Assembly (NCBI GenBank): GCA_963727525.1
Contig: CAVSGO010000002.1
Location: 143,274 to 207,273, forward strand
Reading direction: 5' to 3'
Length of the DNA stretch: 64,000 nt
Source of the DNA: an uncultured bacterium
GTDB lineage: Bacteria > Krumholzibacteriota > Krumholzibacteriia > LZORAL124-64-63
Shown: piece by piece, positions 58,292 to 64,000 of the stretch
How positions within the stretch are numbered: position 1 is the stretch's first letter
How the letters are laid out: the number at the start of each line of letters is the position of its first letter
The notes under the pieces: model-generated
Databases searched by the model: none
The model's input: only the letters and a program-made list of their open reading frames with translations
What the model was told of the DNA's origin: nothing
Position numbers and translations under genes: made by a program

Positions 58292-60220
58292 ATGGGCAAG
58301 AAGATCCCCCTGAACACCGTTACTTGCCGCGCCCCCATCGCGCTGCAGCAGAGTCGCCTCACCGCGGACAGCCAGGAGAGCCTCGGCACGCTGGTCAAGG
58401 TCACCATCGACGGCATGGAATTAGAGGTCCCCAGCGGCACCACCATCCTGCGCGCCGCCAAGGAACTGGGCATCAAGATCCCGACGCTGTGCTACCACGA
58501 AGACCTGTGCATCGCCGGCGTGTGTAGAATCTGCGTGGTCGAGGTGAAAGGCCACCGCACCCTGTGCGCCTCCTGCGCCTACCCGATCACCGAGCCCATC
58601 GAGATCTACACCAACACCCCGAAGGTGCGCCGCGCGCGACGCCATATCGTGGACCTGCTCCTGAGCGAACACGTGGGCGAGTGCTACGCCTGCTGGAGGA
58701 ACAACAACTGCGAGTTGCAATCGCTGGCCCAGGAATACGGCATCCGCCACTTCAAGTTCGGACACTCGTCCACCCCGAAGCACACGGTCGACAGGTCGTC
58801 CTACTCGGTGATGCGCGACATGGACAAGTGCGTGCTGTGCCGCCGCTGCGTGAGGACCTGCATCGACCTGCAAGAAGTCGGCGTCCTGGAAGCCCTGCAC
58901 CGCGGCCTGGACACGGAAGTATCCACGTTCATGAACAAGCCCCTGGGCGACGTGGTCTGCATCAACTGCGGCCAATGCATCAACCGCTGCCCCACGGGCG
59001 CCCTGCGCGCCACGGATCCCTCGGACGACGTCTGGGAAGCCATCGACGACCCCACCAAGCACGTGGTGATCCAGACCGCCCCGAGCCCCCGCGCGGGAAT
59101 CGGCGAATGCTTCGGGTTGGAAGCCGGCACGCCGATGACCTTCCAGCTCAACACCGCCCTACGCCGGTGTGGATTCGACAAGGTCTTTGACACCAACTTC
59201 ACCGCGGATCTGACAATCATCGAGGAAGGCACGGAGCTACTGCTGAGACTCTACAAGGCCCTGGTAGCGAAGGACGCCGCCACGGCGCTCCCCCAGTTCA
59301 CGAGTTGCTCCCCGGGCTGGGTAAAGTTCCTCGAACACTTCTACCCCGAGTTCATCCCGAACCTGAGCTCGGCGAAGAGCCCCCAGCAGATGTTCGGCGC
59401 CTTGATCAAGACCTACTACGCCCAGCGCGAAGGCATCGACCCCAAGGACATCGTCAGCGTGGCCTTGATGCCGTGTTCGGCCAAGAAGTTCGAATGCAAC
59501 AGGCCCGAGATGTGCGCCAGCGGGTACAAGGACGTGGATTACGGTCTGACGACCCGCGAACTGGCCAAGATGATCCGCGAGACGGGCGTCGACCTCCCGG
59601 CGATGCCGAAGAGCGAATTCGACCGCCCCTTCGGCGGCGCGACGGGGTCAGGAGTGATCTTCGGCGCGACGGGCGGCGTGATGGAGAGCGCGTTGCGCTG
59701 CGTGATCGAGCTGGTGACCGGCAAGACGGTGGAGAAGTTCTACGACCACGCCGAGATCATTCCTATTCGCGGGATGGAGGGGGCCAGGTTGGTGGAGATC
59801 CCCATCACCGAGGTGGGCCCGGTGCCGGACCTGATCAAGCACCTGGTCCCGAACTGGGACTGGCTGAAGGGCGCGACCTTGAAGGTGGGCGTGGCGCATG
59901 GGACGGCGAACGCCAAGAAGGTGATGGAGGACATCAAGCGGGGCGGGAAGTTCAGCGAGTGTCACTTCATTGAGTTCATGGCGTGCCCTGGGGGATGCCT
60001 CGGAGGTGGAGGGCAGCCGATTCCTACGACGCCGGAGATCCGCAAGGCGCGGGCGCGGGCGATCTATGATGAGGACCGGGCTTACGAGGTTCGGAAGAGT
60101 CATGAGAATCCGGCGATTGCGGAGATCTACAAGGAGTTTTTGACGGACGGGCCTTGTGGGCACACGAGCCATGGGCTGCTGCATACGCATTATACGGCGC
60201 GGGGGAAGTATATAAGCTAG
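58292..60220 (+). CDS. hydA: [FeFe]-hydrogenase catalytic subunit HydA (group A, trimeric type)
   Basis: H-cluster motifs TSCSPGW, MPCSAKKFE and EFMACPGGCLGGGGQP; N-terminal [2Fe-2S], His-ligated and 2x[4Fe-4S] motifs. Confidence 0.96.
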   Translation: MGKKIPLNTVTCRAPIALQQSRLTADSQESLGTLVKVTIDGMELEVPSGTTILRAAKELGIKIPTLCYHEDLCIAGVCRICVVEVKGHRTLCASCAYPITEPIEIYTNTPKVRRARRHIVDLLLSEHVGECYACWRNNNCELQSLAQEYGIRHFKFGHSSTPKHTVDRSSYSVMRDMDKCVLCRRCVRTCIDLQEVGVLEALHRGLDTEVSTFMNKPLGDVVCINCGQCINRCPTGALRATDPSDDVWEAIDDPTKHVVIQTAPSPRAGIGECFGLEAGTPMTFQLNTALRRCGFDKVFDTNFTADLTIIEEGTELLLRLYKALVAKDAATALPQFTSCSPGWVKFLEHFYPEFIPNLSSAKSPQQMFGALIKTYYAQREGIDPKDIVSVALMPCSAKKFECNRPEMCASGYKDVDYGLTTRELAKMIRETGVDLPAMPKSEFDRPFGGATGSGVIFGATGGVMESALRCVIELVTGKTVEKFYDHAEIIPIRGMEGARLVEIPITEVGPVPDLIKHLVPNWDWLKGATLKVGVAHGTANAKKVMEDIKRGGKFSECHFIEFMACPGGCLGGGGQPIPTTPEIRKARARAIYDEDRAYEVRKSHENPAIAEIYKEFLTDGPCGHTSHGLLHTHYTARGKYIS

Positions 60221-60250
60221 AAGGACAGCCCCGTACCTGCGGTGGAGTGG

Positions 60251-60294
60251 CCGGGCACCTCTCTTCGGAAGGGGCGGGGTGCTCGGGGCTTTTT
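60251..60294 (+). terminator. Probable terminator of the hydrogenase operon
   Basis: ccgggcacc...ggtgctcgg hairpin followed by ggcttttt. Confidence 0.55.
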
Positions 60295-60328
60295 GGGGGG
60301 GTAGTTAATCACAGGGGGTTCGGTTCGG

Positions 60329-60341
60329 GTCCCCGCTACCA
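60329..60341 (+). other. tRNA-fMet-like 3' fragment; candidate att core
   Basis: GTCCCCGCTACCA resembles the 3' end of initiator tRNA. The upstream 60 nt do not form a cloverleaf. Confidence 0.55.
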
Positions 60342-60346
60342 CTTTG

Positions 60347-60386
60347 AAAGAATCCCTGATGCTCTAGCGCATCGGGGATTCTTTTT
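60347..60386. terminator. Bidirectional terminator-like hairpin at the element boundary
   Basis: aaagaatccctgatgc-tctagc-gcatcggggattcttttt. Confidence 0.75.
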
Positions 60387-62207
60387 GTTCGGAGCTCGCC
60401 GCAGCCTCCCACTCCGTCGACCGTCAGGTTCTCGACGAAGGCGCGGATGACGCGCTTGCGTTCTTCCATGGTGCCGTGTTCGAAGAGGTGGCGGGCGTCG
60501 CTGAGGCCGGCCAGGATGGCGTCCACGAGCACGTCCGGAGCTCGGGCCCTTGGCTGGGATCTGCTCGAGCTGGCGGAGGCGGCCCTCGATCTCCTGACGC
60601 TCGGCCAGGAGGCGGCCGAGCCGGTCCTTCATGAGTTCCCGGTGCTCAGCCGTGGCGGTGGCCATCAGGTCGATCACCGAGTCGATCTTCGTCGTGAGTT
60701 CCTTCAGGCGCGCCTTGAGGCGGCTTCTTCTCCGGGGCCGGGTCGGGCCCCGACGGGGCGAGCTGCCGTTCGATCAGCGCGCGCAGCGCGTCCCTCCCCC
60801 GCGCGCCCAGCAGGGCGTCGATCCTCTGCGCCACGAAATCCAGCACGTAGTCGTCGAGCACCCGCTGCAAGAACTGGATGGGCTGGCAGACCGTCTTGCC
60901 CTTGGTGATGGCGGCGCCGCAGACGTAGTACTTGGTGCCGATGCGGGTGCCGTCCTTGCGCCACTTGTTCTTCCAGGTGGTGCGGCCGTGCATGCGACCC
61001 GCCGCAGGCGCCGCAGCTGACCAGGCCGGACAGCAGGTAGGGCGAGGTCTTGGCCTTGCCGGTCAAAAAGCCGGTCGCCTTGCGGTGGTTGCCGCGCTGC
61101 TCCTGGATGCGCTGGGCGCGGTCGAAGGTGTCGCGGTCGACCAGGGCCTCGTGGGCGTTCTCGAAGACGAGCCAGTCCTGGGGATCGTTCCATTTCAGGC
61201 GGCGCTTGCCGCAGCCGTCGCGCTCGACCTCGCGGCGGTCGGCGATGCGGTGGAATTTGCCCATGCGCCGCCGGTTCCAGGTCACCCGACCGATGTAGGC
61301 GGGGTTCATGATGATCACGCGGATCGACGACATGGCCCAGCCCTTGGCCTTGGGCGAGACGACGCCCTCGCGGTTCAGGCGGTCGGCGATGGACTTGAAG
61401 CCGAGGCCCGCGCCGCCGGTGTACCAGGCGAAGATGCGGCGGATCACCTCGACCCGATCGGGCGTGCTGGGCAACAGGCGCACGTGCTCGCGGTCGGAGC
61501 CCTTGACCTTCTGGCCGCGGCCCACGGTGCGGACCGGGTTGCCCTCCGGGATCGAGGATCAGCTTCTGGCCGTCGTCGGTGTTGCGGACGATCTGGAAGA
61601 GCGCGCCGGTCTGGTCGAAGTAGCCGAGGTCGTAGCCGTAGGGCGCCATGCCGCCGGGCCACCAGCCCTGGTCGGCCAGGGAGACGAGCCCGCGGATGAC
61701 GGCCTTCGAAAGCGTGGCCGACTCGTCCCGGGCGGCCTCCTGCTTGAAGAAACGCAGGAACTTGTCGGCGGCCGAGCCGGTGAAGCCCTCCGACGTGTAG
61801 ACGATCTCGACCCCGGCCTGCTTGAAGAGCCAGCGATAGTAGCCCACCTCGTCGCTGGACATGCGGCCGAAGCGCTTGACGTCCCAGACCAGGACGAAGC
61901 TCCACTTGCAGCCGCGCGACTGGGCCGCGTCGAGCATGGACAGGAAGCCCTGCCGGGTCTCGCCCGAGGTGCCGGAGACGCCGTCGTCGACGAACTCGGC
62001 CACGACCTCGAAGCCGTGCTCGGCGGCGTAGCGGAGGATCTCCTTGCGCTGGTCGCCGAGGGATTTCTCCTGGCGGTCGGTGGAGCGGCGCAGGTAGATG
62101 GCCGCGGGGATTGCCGTTGGGTCGTGGGTTCATAGTGACATTCAGCCAGTCCCGCCCGTGAACATCAAGTCAATTGCTGTCTTCGCAAGCTCTATCTATG
62201 TCGCAAG

Positions 62208-62417
62208 TTACGGAATCGACCGCGGCGGGGCAACGGCCCTCCGGACCTCTTGCGCGCGGATGGCCCAGGTGACGAGGAGTTCGAGGGCCTCGTCCAGGGC
62301 GGCGGGGTCGGCCAGTTCCGTGCCCTCGACCACAGTGAGGCGGGGCTCGGTGACGCGCGTCGTCGCGGGGCGGCGCGGACGGTTGCCGGCGTCGTCTTTG
62401 CCGCGCCCAGCCTTCAC
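62208..62417 (-). CDS. Small hypothetical protein upstream of the recombinase
   Basis: GTG start overlaps the SpoVG-like stop (GTGA); amphipathic helix ALDEALELLVTWAIRA. Confidence 0.5.
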   Translation of the reverse strand: MKAGRGKDDAGNRPRRPATTRVTEPRLTVVEGTELADPAALDEALELLVTWAIRAQEVRRAVAPPRSIP

Positions 62418-62730
62418 GATTCCGCGGGCCCTTCCGCCGGCCCCAGCAGCCGCTGGACCTGGCCGATGACCGCCGCCTCGAACTGGTCCGCGGTCTGGCG
62501 GTCGATGGGGTGGTGCAGCGGATGCGGGCGGCCCGAGGCGGCCAGCTTCCGCGGGTAGGTCAGGAACAGGTGGCCGGTCCGGTCGCGGCGGATGGCGATG
62601 TCGTTGAGCAGCACGCCGCCGTAGCGGCAGGAGGCGAAGGCGACCAGGCCGCTGGCGGCGTCGGGGGCCAGGCGGATGCGGACCTCGGTGATGGTGTGGA
62701 TTTCGGGCGTCTGTTCGGGTTCTCAGGCAT
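62414..62730 (-). CDS. SpoVG-like nucleic-acid-binding protein (one frameshift near the 5' end)
   Basis: ITEVRIRL..GLVAFASC..VLLNDIAI..GHLFLTYPRK..G..HPI..AV matches the SpoVG pattern; SD GGAGG. Confidence 0.7.
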
Positions 62731-64000
62731 TTTCGTGGTCCTCCCGGGGGGAAGCGGAATCGGCCGCTTCGGCCTCGAAAGTCGCGCACAGAAATCACAG
62801 AATTCCCGGCCGGGGGCCCGGACTCCGAATTCTGTGATTTCTGTGAGTGGATTTGCGGGTTCACGTCGAAAGTCGGGCTGGGCAGGCGGCCGCGGTCCCG
62901 AGCGCGGCGGATCAGGCCGGCGGCGGATGATGTCGTGCTCGATGAGCAGGTCCAGGGGCGCGTCCATTCGGCGGGCTGCTTGAACCGGGCCCGCAGCGGC
63001 ATGTAGGCCTCGCGCCGGGTGAAGCTCGTCACGCCGTTGCGGAGGATCCAGGCCAGGACGTACCTCGCCAGCTCGGCGATCGGATCGGCCCCCATCATGT
63101 CGAAGGCGATCTGGGCGTGGGTGACAGAGGAAGTCGGTGATGCGCAGGGCCCGGCGCATGGGGTCCGTGCCGACGCCCAGGGGGGCGCTGGCGTCGGGCT
63201 CGAGGGCGTGGTCGGCCAGCTGCAGCAGCCCGGCCAGGCGAACGGTCTCGCCCGCGAGCTTGTTCGCCCAGTCGGCGACATCCTCGTACTCGCCGCCGAG
63301 GCCCAGCTTGCCCTCGTTCTTGGCCTTGAGCCCCACCACCAGCTCGTAGGCGGCCGCGCTGAAGTCCATGGGCTGGGACTTGATCTCCCCCGTCTCGTCG
63401 CGCCGGGTGGGCCGCCGCAGGAGCGAGGTGATCGCGTCCTCGTAGGCCTGACTGACTTCCAGCGGGACGGGCGGCGCGTCGGGGGCGCGGCGGCCGACGA
63501 GGCTCTCGGGGATCGACCACAGGAAGCGGGCCAGCAGGCCCCGGCCGCGGAAGCCCTTCTTGTCGCGCAGCGAGGTGATGACGTCGGGCTGGATCGCGAG
63601 GCCGATGGTGATGGCGGGCTCGTGGATGGTCCCGCCCTCGCGCCCGATGCGGTCGGTGGTGATGTTGCCGCCGTTGTGGCCCTTGAGGTAGACGTCGATG
63701 TTGGGGACGCCGTTGGAATAGCGGCCGCCCATGAGCTCGAAGGGGCCGCCCTCGTCGGACATCAGCGCGATGCGGCCGCCCTGCTGGCGCAGCACCGCCT
63801 CGAGCGACTCGGAGGTCACGTCGTCCAGGACCAGACGCAGCTGCACCGGAACCTCGATGGCGGCGTGCTCGAGGACGGCCTCCTCGACCAGGGCCAGGGA
63901 CTTGGCGTACTCCTCGGGCGCGCTGGCCTTGGCCGCGCGGGTCTTGAGGTGGTCGGTCCGCTTGGCGGCGACGTCGGCGCGGGCGATGGCGGCGCGGATC
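62723..64000 (-). pseudogene. YfjI/DUF3987 family protein (partial, frameshifted)
   Basis: DDVTSESL, MSDEGG, GRYS, YLKGHNG, DRIGR, IQPDV, RGLLARF; the reading frame shifts several times in the 3' third. Confidence 0.8.
62787..62845. repeat. Perfect 19-bp inverted repeat built from 9-bp iterons; candidate element origin
   Basis: cacagaaatcacagaattc-N21-gaattctgtgatttctgtg. Confidence 0.85.

Larger units (their letters stand above)
60305..62133 (-). pseudogene. Large serine recombinase (integrase), multiply frameshifted
   Basis: Stitched frames give AAIYLRRSTDRQEKSL (catalytic Ser), DDGVSG, APYGY, SIADRLN, NPAYIG, HEALVD, Zn-ribbon SGLVSCGACG..YYVC..C and a coiled coil. At least 5 frame changes; the 3' end is approximate. 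Confidence 0.85.
60329..64000 (-). mobile_element. Integrative element / prophage-satellite-like island (left end; continues beyond the window)
   Basis: att-like tRNA fragment, large serine recombinase, SpoVG-like gene, YfjI/DUF3987 gene and iteron palindrome, with all genes on the minus strand. Confidence 0.8.

Noticed and set aside
60260-60341. Intact tRNA gene ending in CCA
   Set aside because: Only the last 13 nt or so are tRNA-like; there is no matching acceptor 5' strand, D arm or anticodon arm.

Overview
High-GC bacterial chromosomal window close to the replication origin, opening with the recF 3' end, DUF721/dciA, gyrB and gyrA. Three secreted proteins with FlgD-Ig/T9SS-type C-terminal tails suggest an FCB-group lineage such as Krumholzibacteriota or Latescibacterota (inference only). 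In order, the window holds an AraC regulator; a coupled ABC-F/hflX/MFS operon; a fimT-pilV-pilW-pilX-pilY1 minor-pilin cluster behind a sigma54-type motif; a GT-C/TPR glycosyltransferase; ilvE; a DEDDh exonuclease; an HDOD protein; a DtxR-feoA-feoB iron operon; a TonB receptor/YfiR/CHASE8-type hybrid kinase module; clpB-mtfA; a tricistronic HipBST-type toxin-antitoxin locus with three palindromic operators; a vasohibin-like Cys-His-Ser peptidase; several membrane and secreted proteins; and a trimeric [FeFe]-hydrogenase with a short HydB that looks non-bifurcating. From about 60.33 kb lies the edge of an integrative element: a tRNA-fMet-like 3' fragment, a large serine recombinase, a SpoVG-like protein, a YfjI/DUF3987 protein and an iteron palindrome. 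Three of its genes carry frameshifts. No CRISPR array, rRNA or intact tRNA was found. All family calls come from motif recognition by eye; no searches were run.
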